From: Flavobacteriales bacterium
GTDB taxonomy: Bacteria; Bacteroidota; Bacteroidia; Flavobacteriales_D; Sanyastnellaceae
Assembly: GCA_046153915.1 (NCBI GenBank)
Contig: JBJXFC010000048.1
Span: forward strand, 1 to 17,114
DNA length: 17,114 nucleotides
Direction: 5' to 3'
A program made the position numbers and the translations under genes. The notes below the pieces were generated by a model. That model was not told the DNA's origin, made no database searches, and saw nothing but the letters and a program-made list of their open reading frames with translations. This document shows positions 7,385 through 15,480 of the stretch, piece after piece (positions within the stretch are counted from its first letter, which is position 1; every line of letters begins with the position of its first letter).

Positions 7385-8689
7385 TTATTGTGCCATAGCC
7401 GATTCTTTCACAATCGTTTGCAATCTGTCGGGACCAACGGAAACGATGGTAATTGGAATCTCCATACTTTTTTCAATGAAGGAGATATAATCGAGAAGTT
7501 CCTTTGGCAATTGATGCATTTCGCGCATGCCTGTGAGGTCGCACTTCCAGCCTGGTATAGCTTCGTACACGGGTTGTACTTTGGACGGATCGATATCGTA
7601 TGGCAAATAATCTATCTTTTTGCCTTCGAACATGTAATGTGTACAAATCTGCAACGTATCAAAATCGCTTAGTACGTCTGCTTTCATCATGATCAGTTGC
7701 GTAACGCCGTTGATCATACAGGCATAACGAAGAGCAGGCAGATCGAGCCATCCACAACGACGTGGACGACCGGTAGTAGATCCAAACTCGCGTCCGGTCT
7801 GGCGCATTTGTTCACCCGTTTCATCGAGAAGTTCAGTAGGGAAAGGACCACTGCCAACGCGTGTGCAATAGGCTTTGAAAATACCTATTACTTCGCCGAT
7901 TCGGCCTGGAGCAATTCCAAGACCTGTGCAGGCACCTGCTGCAATGGTGCTGCTTGAAGTTACAAATGGATAGGATCCAAAATCTACGTCGAGCATAGAG
8001 CCTTGGGCACCCTCAGCCAAAACGGAACTTCCACTGCGAATCAATTGATCCATATAATGTTCGCTGTCTACAATGGTGAGCGAGCGAATCAATTCGACGC
8101 CATGCATAAATTCAGCTTCCATTTGTTTCAACTCAGCTTCTTCCAGTGTGAAGTGTTGTTTAAATCCATCCAGCAGAAATAGGTGTTTTTGTTTCAGCGC
8201 AGTGTATTTCTGTTGGAATTGATCATCCAACAAATCGCCTACGCGCATGCCGTTGCGGCCTGTTTTATCCATGTATGCCGGACCAATTCCTTTGAGTGTG
8301 CTGCCGATTTTTCCTTCGCCTTTGGAAGCTTCACTGGCGCGATCGAGAAGGCGATGTGTAGGCAAAATGATATGCGCTTTTCTGGAAATAAACAAACGCT
8401 CTTCAACAGGAACATTTTTGGCGCGGAGAGCCAGAATTTCTTTTTCGAAAACAACAGGATCGATTACAACGCCGTTGCCAATGATGTTTTTTACATGAGC
8501 ATGAAAAATACCAGATGGAATGGTATGCAGAACGTGTTTGCCACCTTCGAATTCAAGCGTGTGACCAGCATTAGGCCCTCCCTGAAAACGGGCAATTGCA
8601 TCGTATTTTGGGGTGAGAACATCTACGAGTTTTCCTTTCCCTTCGTCGCCCCATTGCAGGCCAAGCAGTATATCAACTTTCTGATTCAC
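7385..8689 (-). CDS. purA: Adenylosuccinate synthase.
   Basis: 434 aa. The N-terminal P-loop QWGDEGKGK, the GIGP and TTGR motifs, and the overall length are diagnostic of PurA. The track ORF begins with GTG at 8689 and has no in-frame ATG upstream, so a GTG start is likely. Confidence 0.95.
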   Translation of the reverse strand: MNQKVDILLGLQWGDEGKGKLVDVLTPKYDAIARFQGGPNAGHTLEFEGGKHVLHTIPSGIFHAHVKNIIGNGVVIDPVVFEKEILALRAKNVPVEERLFISRKAHIILPTHRLLDRASEASKGEGKIGSTLKGIGPAYMDKTGRNGMRVGDLLDDQFQQKYTALKQKHLFLLDGFKQHFTLEEAELKQMEAEFMHGVELIRSLTIVDSEHYMDQLIRSGSSVLAEGAQGSMLDVDFGSYPFVTSSSTIAAGACTGLGIAPGRIGEVIGIFKAYCTRVGSGPFPTELLDETGEQMRQTGREFGSTTGRPRRCGWLDLPALRYACMINGVTQLIMMKADVLSDFDTLQICTHYMFEGKKIDYLPYDIDPSKVQPVYEAIPGWKCDLTGMREMHQLPKELLDYISFIEKSMEIPITIVSVGPDRLQTIVKESAMAQ

Positions 8690-8769
8690 GGTGTTTTGTA
8701 AAAAAATGACGGGCGAAAATAGGCCTTCATTGATGGAATTACAGCATTCTTTCGACGCCAGATACCAAC

Positions 8770-9870
8770 TTATTTCTTCGATTTGAACAGGAATACAGAA
8801 TTACAGGTGATTAGCGCTGTTCCGCCCACGATAAGAAAAGTAATATTGGGTGTATAATCTGGGGTAAGAAAGGTGAGAAGGATGATAAAAAGCGTAAAAC
8901 CGTAGAGGATAAAGGCCGTTTTGCGGTGCGAAAATCCCATCGATAACAATTTGTGGTGGATGTGGTTTTTATCTGCCGAAAATGGCGATCTACCTTGTAC
9001 AGCACGAATGATAAAAACCCGCAGCGTATCGATGAGTGGATAGGAGAGAATGGCCATGGCCAGCACAGGTTTTGGCACGGCGCGCATAGCCAGGAGCAGA
9101 CGAGAAACCGGAAACTCTATCATTTTGACAGCCAGAACAAAAAGCACCACACCAATGATGAGTGAGCCAGAGTCGCCCATAAAAAGTTTCGCGGGTTGAA
9201 AATTGTAAATGAGGAAACCAAAAAGTGAGCCCGCAAGACCCATTGCCAGCAGTGCAAGCGGTTGATCTCCGGTGCGGTGAAACCAATAGGCAAAGGTGAT
9301 GCTCGCAATTAGCCCTACACCTGCTGCTAATCCGTCAACGCCATCGATCAAATTGATGGCATTTACAATAACGATGTAGATGAAAATGGAGAGTGTAATG
9401 CTTAACCAGAATGGGAGTTCGTCTACATTAAAGAGTCCCCAGAATTGGGTGATACGTATATCGGCCACATAGACCAGCAAAAACCCAACCAGCAAGTGAA
9501 TTAGAAGTTTTTTGGTGGGCGAAACCCCAACGATATCATCCTTTAACCCCAGAAAAAACAGCATAAACATGCATGCCACTAGGTACTTAAACTCGTTGAG
9601 GGCTTCAAAAGCGTTGTAATTTCTGCCGAGCTGCCAACCTTCCTGAGATGGGAACCACAGGCAATAGGCAATAATGGTTCCTGCAAAGATCATGATACCT
9701 CCAATGGTCGGAACCGATCTGCGGTGCAGTTTGCGCGCGTCACCAGGTTCGTCTACAAGGTGTTTGAGCTTCGCCACTTTGATAAGTGACGGCGTAGCAA
9801 CAAGCACCAGCATAAAAGCTGATAAAAATGCGAGTATGAGATCACGAACAATGTCGTTCAAGGCAGGCAA
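8770..9870 (-). CDS. UDP-sugar:polyprenyl-phosphate sugar-1-phosphate transferase of the MraY/WecA family (GT4 superfamily, WecA/WbpL-like initiating enzyme).
   Basis: 366 aa and polytopic. The family motifs are present: DExGDARKLHRRSVPTIGG near TM1, a DD pair (GLKDDIVG), and NAINLIDGVDGLAAG. The length fits WecA better than the larger MraY. The first in-frame start in the track is a TTG at 9870, and there is no ATG before the first TM helix, so the exact start codon is uncertain. Confidence 0.8.
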   Translation of the reverse strand: MPALNDIVRDLILAFLSAFMLVLVATPSLIKVAKLKHLVDEPGDARKLHRRSVPTIGGIMIFAGTIIAYCLWFPSQEGWQLGRNYNAFEALNEFKYLVACMFMLFFLGLKDDIVGVSPTKKLLIHLLVGFLLVYVADIRITQFWGLFNVDELPFWLSITLSIFIYIVIVNAINLIDGVDGLAAGVGLIASITFAYWFHRTGDQPLALLAMGLAGSLFGFLIYNFQPAKLFMGDSGSLIIGVVLFVLAVKMIEFPVSRLLLAMRAVPKPVLAMAILSYPLIDTLRVFIIRAVQGRSPFSADKNHIHHKLLSMGFSHRKTAFILYGFTLFIILLTFLTPDYTPNITFLIVGGTALITCNSVFLFKSKK

Positions 9871-9907
9871 AAATTAAGCGAGTCGTAAATTGGGGAGGCG
9901 AAATTAC

Positions 9908-11515
9908 CTAAAAATCCGCATATCGGTTGATCAGATTCGTGCGTACTGAAATACCTATGATGGATGAGTGGAATTTTCCCTCCTGTTGCCAGTTGTATGC
10001 GGTCTTTTCAATTCTGTCCATCCAGGTGAGCAAAATCTGGAAATTTGTTTTCGGATTAAACAACAATCCGGCGGCCACTTCCCATTGCTGGATGCGGCGA
10101 TCGGGCCAGGGAGCAATGTTTCCATAATCCTTCAATGGATCTTTTTTCCAATTGCCTTCCGGGCCAAGCACGTGGTCGATCTGATTGTATTTGATCTGTG
10201 CAATCACCCTTTTCCATCGGTAATTGGCGATACCAAGAATTTCTGTCGTGGCACCACCAGTAGGATGGCCAAGCGGCTGCTGGGTGTGCACATAATTTTG
10301 CAATCGGTAGTGACTGGCATACATAAACTCGCCAAGTGAATTCCATTCGGCCTGAATGTCGAGATTTGGAAGTAGGACGTCAAAAAATTTGGCTCCCAGT
10401 TGGTAACCAATGGACTTGCTTGCAGGATCATCAGCGGCAAATTGCGCATAGACAAAACCGAGTTTGCGGAAATCGTAGCGAACATTCATACCTACCAGCA
10501 CGTTGTTTTCACCATCCAATCCCTGCATGGCAGAATTAAAACCAATGACGGGCACAAATCCTCCCCATGGCTGCGGCACCGTTCCTTCTGCTTCATCGTA
10601 CCTCTTCCAGACAATGCCTTCAAAGAGTCCGATTTCCAGATTAGGGGTTGGTATCCAACTCAGGTAATTAAAACTGCCACCTTTTCTTTTGTAAAGCGCT
10701 TCAGGTACTTCACCCAGCGGCAATCTTTCGAGAGTCTGCAGAGAAGCATAGATAGCGGTGTATTGCAGCTTATTGTTGAAGAACTGAAAGGTCGATTTGA
10801 TAAAAGGATAATTGAAGGCTGCGTCACTCAAGAGAAGTGATCTGTAGCCATGACCGAAGAAATTTTTGCCATGGCCAAATTGCAGATTGACCCATTTGGC
10901 AGGAGAATAACTAATAAGTCCGGATGCCATGGCAAAGTCGTATCCGTCACCATCAAACACCTTCCAGCGGCCCATTCCGGGAACGACTTTAATGGTATCC
11001 GCAAAATTTTTCACATGAACAGGAAGGAAAGATTGGTTTTCATAAAAACTTGTTTCAAATGAAAACTGTTTTCCGATATCCCCAATAACCTGGAATCCAC
11101 GAGTGTTGTTGCGGAGTTTTACGGTATCAGAATAGGATGATGTATCAGCCAGTTCGTTGAGAAAACCAAAATCCATGAGTGGATCAACTGCAATGAAAAA
11201 ATCTTCTTTGCGGATTTCTACCAGGTGCGAGCGGAATAATTTATCAGCACCTGTTGTATATACTTTGGATGAATCTTTTTTTAATCCGTAAATTTTCGAC
11301 GTGTTGAGATTGCTTTCAAGAAATGGTTTATTTCCCCGGTGAACCAGTCGCGATGAATCACCCAACAAACTTTGTTCAACCTCTCCTGTTGTGAATCTAT
11401 TGAGAGAAATATTTTTTTGCTGAGAGAAGGATTGAAAAACGAATGCACAGAACAAACAAAGAACCATCGCATATTTATATACGAAGTGCCGCGTTATGGT
11501 AGAAAAAATGCTCAT
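9908..11515 (-). CDS. Outer-membrane beta-barrel-like protein with a signal peptide, possibly a capsule-assembly Wzi-like protein.
   Basis: 535 aa. The N-terminus carries a signal peptide (MVLCLFCAFVFQSFSQQ after a short extension). The ATG at 11515 overlaps the fcl TGA as ATGA; an alternative ATG lies at 11467. The protein is rich in aromatic and Gly residues with alternating hydrophobic patterns, and it ends ...NRYADF with a C-terminal Phe typical of OM beta-barrels. The Wzi-like assignment is a guess based on size and its position between fcl and wecA in a glycan locus. Confidence 0.45.
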   Translation of the reverse strand: MSIFSTITRHFVYKYAMVLCLFCAFVFQSFSQQKNISLNRFTTGEVEQSLLGDSSRLVHRGNKPFLESNLNTSKIYGLKKDSSKVYTTGADKLFRSHLVEIRKEDFFIAVDPLMDFGFLNELADTSSYSDTVKLRNNTRGFQVIGDIGKQFSFETSFYENQSFLPVHVKNFADTIKVVPGMGRWKVFDGDGYDFAMASGLISYSPAKWVNLQFGHGKNFFGHGYRSLLLSDAAFNYPFIKSTFQFFNNKLQYTAIYASLQTLERLPLGEVPEALYKRKGGSFNYLSWIPTPNLEIGLFEGIVWKRYDEAEGTVPQPWGGFVPVIGFNSAMQGLDGENNVLVGMNVRYDFRKLGFVYAQFAADDPASKSIGYQLGAKFFDVLLPNLDIQAEWNSLGEFMYASHYRLQNYVHTQQPLGHPTGGATTEILGIANYRWKRVIAQIKYNQIDHVLGPEGNWKKDPLKDYGNIAPWPDRRIQQWEVAAGLLFNPKTNFQILLTWMDRIEKTAYNWQQEGKFHSSIIGISVRTNLINRYADF

Positions 11516-12459
11516 TTAGCCCGCACCATTTCGGGTTGGAGATTGCGGTATTCTTCATATACCGATGTTATTCCATCGCGTAGGTCTATGCTGTGTTTCC
11601 AGCCCAGATTGTGAAGTCTCGACACATCCATGAGTTTGCGTGGTGTGCCATCGGGTTTGGAAGTATTCCAGATCAGTTCACCAGTAAATCCGGTAATTTC
11701 CTTCACCATTTCTGCAAGGGCTTTGATGCTGAGATCAACACCTGTTCCGATATTTACAAAAAGTTTTTCATTGTAATTTTTCATCAGAAAAAAGCAGGCA
11801 TCAGCAAGGTCATTGACGTGCAGAAATTCGCGCAATGGTGAGCCAGTTCCCCACACTTCAACAGAAGGATGGTTTTCTATTTTGGCAGTATGAAATTTGC
11901 GGATCAATGCGGGTAAGACATGCGAATTGTTGAGGTCGTAATTGTCGTTTGGGCCATAAAGATTGGTGGGCATGGCCGAGATATAGTTGCAACCATGCTG
12001 ATCACGATAAGCTTCTGCGAGCTTGATACCTGCAATTTTGGCGATCGCATAAGGCTCGTTGGTAGATTCTAAAATTCCGGTAAGAAGGCTTTCTTCCTGG
12101 AGTGGCTGCGGTGCCAATTTTGGATAGATACAAGATGATCCGAGAAAAAGTAATTTTTTGACACCCATATCAAAACTCGCCTTGAAAATATTCGCTTCGA
12201 TCATGAGGTTATCGTACAGGAAGTCTGCACGATATACATTATTTGCCTGTATGCCTCCCACTTTGGCTGCTGAAAGAAAAACATATTCTGGTTTTTCTGA
12301 CTGAAAAAAATCGTTGGTTTGTTTTTGATTGCGAAGATCAAGTTCGGAGGATGAACGCAAGATGAGTTGGGTATATCCTTCACACTCCAATTTTCTCACA
12401 ATGGCACTGCCCACCATTCCGCGGTGACCTGCCACATAAATGCGAGCGTTTTTTTCCAT
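11512..12459 (-). CDS. fcl: GDP-L-fucose synthase (GDP-4-keto-6-deoxy-D-mannose 3,5-epimerase/4-reductase).
   Basis: 315 aa. The N-terminal Rossmann motif RIYVAGHRGMVGSAI, the catalytic SSCIYP and YAIAK (YxxxK) motifs, and the length all match Fcl/WcaG. A 7-nt A-run follows the ATG directly (ATGGAAAAAAAC). Confidence 0.95.
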   Translation of the reverse strand: MEKNARIYVAGHRGMVGSAIVRKLECEGYTQLILRSSSELDLRNQKQTNDFFQSEKPEYVFLSAAKVGGIQANNVYRADFLYDNLMIEANIFKASFDMGVKKLLFLGSSCIYPKLAPQPLQEESLLTGILESTNEPYAIAKIAGIKLAEAYRDQHGCNYISAMPTNLYGPNDNYDLNNSHVLPALIRKFHTAKIENHPSVEVWGTGSPLREFLHVNDLADACFFLMKNYNEKLFVNIGTGVDLSIKALAEMVKEITGFTGELIWNTSKPDGTPRKLMDVSRLHNLGWKHSIDLRDGITSVYEEYRNLQPEMVRAK

Positions 12460-12546
12460 GGTGCGAAGGTAACTATTTCACAATAGTGAAAGGATGCAGA
12501 GCATGTTGGAAATAAGATGCTGAATTACAAATGAATACTACCCACA

Positions 12547-13650
12547 TCACTCACGCACATCCAACGCATCGCGCAGTCCGTTGCCAACCATCATAAAAGA
12601 AAGCACAAGCAACATGATACAAAGTCCGGGCAGAATAGCCAGGTAAGCCAGGTTTGTTGTGATGTAGGAATAATGCTCACGAATCATATTGCCCCAGCTG
12701 GGAGCGGGAATTTGAGCGCCAAGACCAAGGAAACTCAAACCGGCTTCAATCAAAATAGCCGATGCAAAATTGGCAGCACTTATCACGATGATGGGAGAAA
12801 GGATATTGGGAAGAACGTGTTTGAAGATGATACGCATCTCCGAAAATCCCAGGGCCCTTGCGGCTTCGATGTATTCTTTTTCACGCACGCTGAGCACTTG
12901 TCCGCGGGCAATTCGGGCCACTTCTACCCACATTGTGAGTCCAACTGCGAGAAACACTTTCCAGAATCCCGTTCCAAATGCAAAGGTGATTGCCATCACA
13001 AGAATCAACGTTGGGATAGCCCACACCACATTGGTAAACCACATCAGCACGGCATCCACCCAACCGCGGAAGTAGCCTGCCACAAGGCCAATCAGCAATC
13101 CGATCAAAAGTGAAATTATAACCGCGATGGCGCCAACAGCAAGGGATATAGACGCTCCTGCCATCAGGCGCGATAACAAATCACGGCCATATTTGTCAGT
13201 ACCAAACAGGAACGATTTTGTTACTATGCGCTTTTCAACTTCGGAAGCTTGCGCAATCCCGAGTTCTTCAAAGGTCAACTTTATTTTTTCGTCTTCACCA
13301 GCTCCAAAAGGAATGAGTTCAACTCCATCTTCTGCAACTTGATATTCCCGTATCGGAATTTCACGAAATGCTTTTTGTTCGCCTCCACTAAACCAGGCCT
13401 TAATGAAATTTTTGTCTTCGTGATTTGTTGGAATCTGAACAAAACGCGCACTGAATCCGGGTTTTTGTCTGCTCAATGTAAGCTGTTGGTCGTTGGCATC
13501 TGGCGTGCTGTCTGGTCGAATAAAATGCCCTGCGAGTGAGATCAAGGCAATCAAAAAAATAAACACCATTCCACCCATGGCGAGTGGATTGCGTCTGAAA
13601 CGTTTCCACGCAATGGATGATGGTTTATCTGCCTTAGTCGAAGTGCTCAT
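12547..13650 (-). CDS. ABC transporter permease subunit, DppC/OppC-type (binding-protein-dependent type I importer fold), with a periplasmic insertion of about 110 aa after TM1.
   Basis: 367 aa. The OppC-like N-terminus is present (AWKRFRRNPLAMGGMVFIFLIALISLAG). It also has the conserved FLFGTDKYGRDLLSRL motif and an EAA-loop (EYIEAARALGFSEMRIIFKHVLPN). Its ATG (13648..13650) lies directly after the TGA (13651..13653) of the upstream GT2 gene. No partner permease, ATPase or substrate-binding-protein gene is present in the window. Confidence 0.9.
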   Translation of the reverse strand: MSTSTKADKPSSIAWKRFRRNPLAMGGMVFIFLIALISLAGHFIRPDSTPDANDQQLTLSRQKPGFSARFVQIPTNHEDKNFIKAWFSGGEQKAFREIPIREYQVAEDGVELIPFGAGEDEKIKLTFEELGIAQASEVEKRIVTKSFLFGTDKYGRDLLSRLMAGASISLAVGAIAVIISLLIGLLIGLVAGYFRGWVDAVLMWFTNVVWAIPTLILVMAITFAFGTGFWKVFLAVGLTMWVEVARIARGQVLSVREKEYIEAARALGFSEMRIIFKHVLPNILSPIIVISAANFASAILIEAGLSFLGLGAQIPAPSWGNMIREHYSYITTNLAYLAILPGLCIMLLVLSFMMVGNGLRDALDVRE

Positions 13651-14811
13651 TCAGGTTTTTATTTTTCTTCCTTTCCAATTGGGTTTTATAAAAAGGCTGC
13701 AAATTGGGATCAACAAAACATACAGTGGGTAAATGAACGAAAGAACAATGAGTTCTCTTTCTTTGAAATCTATTTTCCACCTGTTTGCAACTGCTCTTGC
13801 AAGAGAATGATCAGCTATACTTTTTATCCCAAACGACAACATAAATGCGTAGAAGTGCCATTCTGAAAATCGCATGGTGAGGATAGAAGAACAAATAGCG
13901 AGATTGGCAAGAATCGTAAGACTTCCAGCAAAGAGCATATTCCAGTCTTTAAGGTGCCTCGATTTGGAAGCCCAGCGAATGCGTTGAGAAAGGAACTTAA
14001 GCAGCGTATCTGGAGCATTTGTTTGCACAAGCATTTCCGGATTCCAGATATACTTCACGGTATTAAGCCCCCATTTTTTGATTTGAATAAGCAGGAACAT
14101 ATCGTCACCACTGCTTATTCCGGCATGCGGAGTATATCCACCAACGGCTTCGAGTGCCTTTCTTTCAAAACACAGTGCAGCACCATTGGCCATCAGGGCT
14201 TTTTGGCGTTGGGCCGAACCACCCGTTAAGCCTGCGATACCGAGCCATTCGATTTTGACCAACTCACCCCAGTAGTGAAATCCGGTGCGAATCATGACTG
14301 GACAAATGATCATCACAGGTTCTTCGAGTTGATAAAAACAGGCAAGGTGTCGTAGGAAATTTTGATGCACTGCGGTATCAGCATCAAGTGTTACGATGAT
14401 ATCGGACTGCGATTGTTCGAATCCCATTTGAAGGGCATTTTTCTTACCACCAGATTCATGCAATCGAAGCAAACGGAAGCGTTTATCCGCGGTCGTATAT
14501 TGTTCAATCAATGCTGGTCCACCATCCTCGCTGTTGTCATCAATGAAGATAAACTGAACAAGGGGCGTTGGATAGTTGATGTCTTTCAATCTTTGCGTGA
14601 GAACTATGAGATTCGCCAATTCGTCCCGAAACGGAATTAAAACCGCAATGCGCTGTTTGGGTTGGAAATCGGCTGGAGTCTGATGAGTCGGAATTTTACG
14701 CCATTGCACAGCCATCACACGGATGTAGAGCGCATAGAGCACAATTATCACAAATGGTATGAGAACGGTGGCGAAAAACATACTTTTACGCGCCAAAGAA
14801 AGAAACACCAT
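13651..14811 (-). CDS. Family 2 glycosyltransferase with membrane-embedded, synthase-like architecture (an N-terminal TM helix and a C-terminal multi-TM region).
   Basis: 386 aa. The GT-A motifs are present: [11 protein letters not shown], a DxD (TLDADT) and the processive-type Q-x-x-R-W motif (QRIRWASK). There is an N-terminal TM ([19 protein letters not shown]) and 3-4 C-terminal TM helices. This resembles NodC, hyaluronan-synthase and cellulose-synthase-like GT2 enzymes. Confidence 0.85.
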   Translation of the reverse strand: MVFLSLARKSMFFATVLIPFVIIVLYALYIRVMAVQWRKIPTHQTPADFQPKQRIAVLIPFRDELANLIVLTQRLKDINYPTPLVQFIFIDDNSEDGGPALIEQYTTADKRFRLLRLHESGGKKNALQMGFEQSQSDIIVTLDADTAVHQNFLRHLACFYQLEEPVMIICPVMIRTGFHYWGELVKIEWLGIAGLTGGSAQRQKALMANGAALCFERKALEAVGGYTPHAGISSGDDMFLLIQIKKWGLNTVKYIWNPEMLVQTNAPDTLLKFLSQRIRWASKSRHLKDWNMLFAGSLTILANLAICSSILTMRFSEWHFYAFMLSFGIKSIADHSLARAVANRWKIDFKERELIVLSFIYPLYVLLIPICSLFIKPNWKGRKIKT

Positions 14812-14855
14812 GTCTTTTCCATCACCATTCGATCGAAAGATGTGAAAAGAGAACC

Positions 14856-15434
14856 ATGAACAAACCAGCCATTCCAGCAGAGAGAATCATTCTGGGCATC
14901 GATCCGGGCACTACCATTCTTGGTTATGGCATCATCAAAGTCGAAGGCAAAAAGATGAGTTTGATGGCATTGGGTGTTTTGCATCTCGAGAAATACAGCG
15001 ATCATCACGTCAAGTTGCAGAAAATTTTTGAGCGAACAATTGAGCTCATTGATGGGTTTCATCCCGATGAATTTGCTGTTGAAGCCCCATTCTTTGGAAA
15101 AAACGTGCAGAGTATGCTGAAACTGGGACGGGCGCAGGGCGTTGCCATTGCAGCCGCACTCAGCCGTAAAATGCCGGTGGTAGAATATGCTCCACGGAAA
15201 ATTAAACAGAGTATTACTGGAAATGGAAGCGCATCCAAAGAACAGGTAGCAGCGATGTTGCAGCGGGTTTTGAACATTCCCGATGCAGATATGCCAGCCA
15301 AACTGGATGCAACCGATGGACTTGCAGCCGCGGTTTGTCATTTTTACCAAAGCAGCAGTGCTGTTTCGGCTGGCCAAGGTTATACAGGATGGAAATCCTT
15401 TTTAACAGATAATCCGGGCAGATTAAAAAAGTGA
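14856..15434 (+). CDS. ruvC: Crossover junction endodeoxyribonuclease RuvC (Holliday junction resolvase).
   Basis: 192 aa. The protein has [17 protein letters not shown] (the RNase-H-fold first catalytic Asp), an E residue in [11 protein letters not shown], and [12 protein letters not shown] (the C-terminal catalytic Asp/His). The ORF is intact with an ATG start. Confidence 0.95.
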   Translation: MNKPAIPAERIILGIDPGTTILGYGIIKVEGKKMSLMALGVLHLEKYSDHHVKLQKIFERTIELIDGFHPDEFAVEAPFFGKNVQSMLKLGRAQGVAIAAALSRKMPVVEYAPRKIKQSITGNGSASKEQVAAMLQRVLNIPDADMPAKLDATDGLAAAVCHFYQSSSAVSAGQGYTGWKSFLTDNPGRLKK

Positions 15435-15480
15435 ACAACGATTAGAACAACATATTTGCAGCAAATTATAGAATTAAGCA

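Noticed and set aside
8183-8701. A 172-aa plus-strand ORF antisense to purA. Similar antisense ORFs lie at 10400..10840 (146 aa), 14748..15377 (209 aa) and 15679..16152 (157 aa).
   Set aside because: All are embedded in strongly supported conserved genes (purA, the OM protein, ruvC, the PLP enzyme). Their translations have no motifs and a junk-like composition. I treat them as shadow ORFs.
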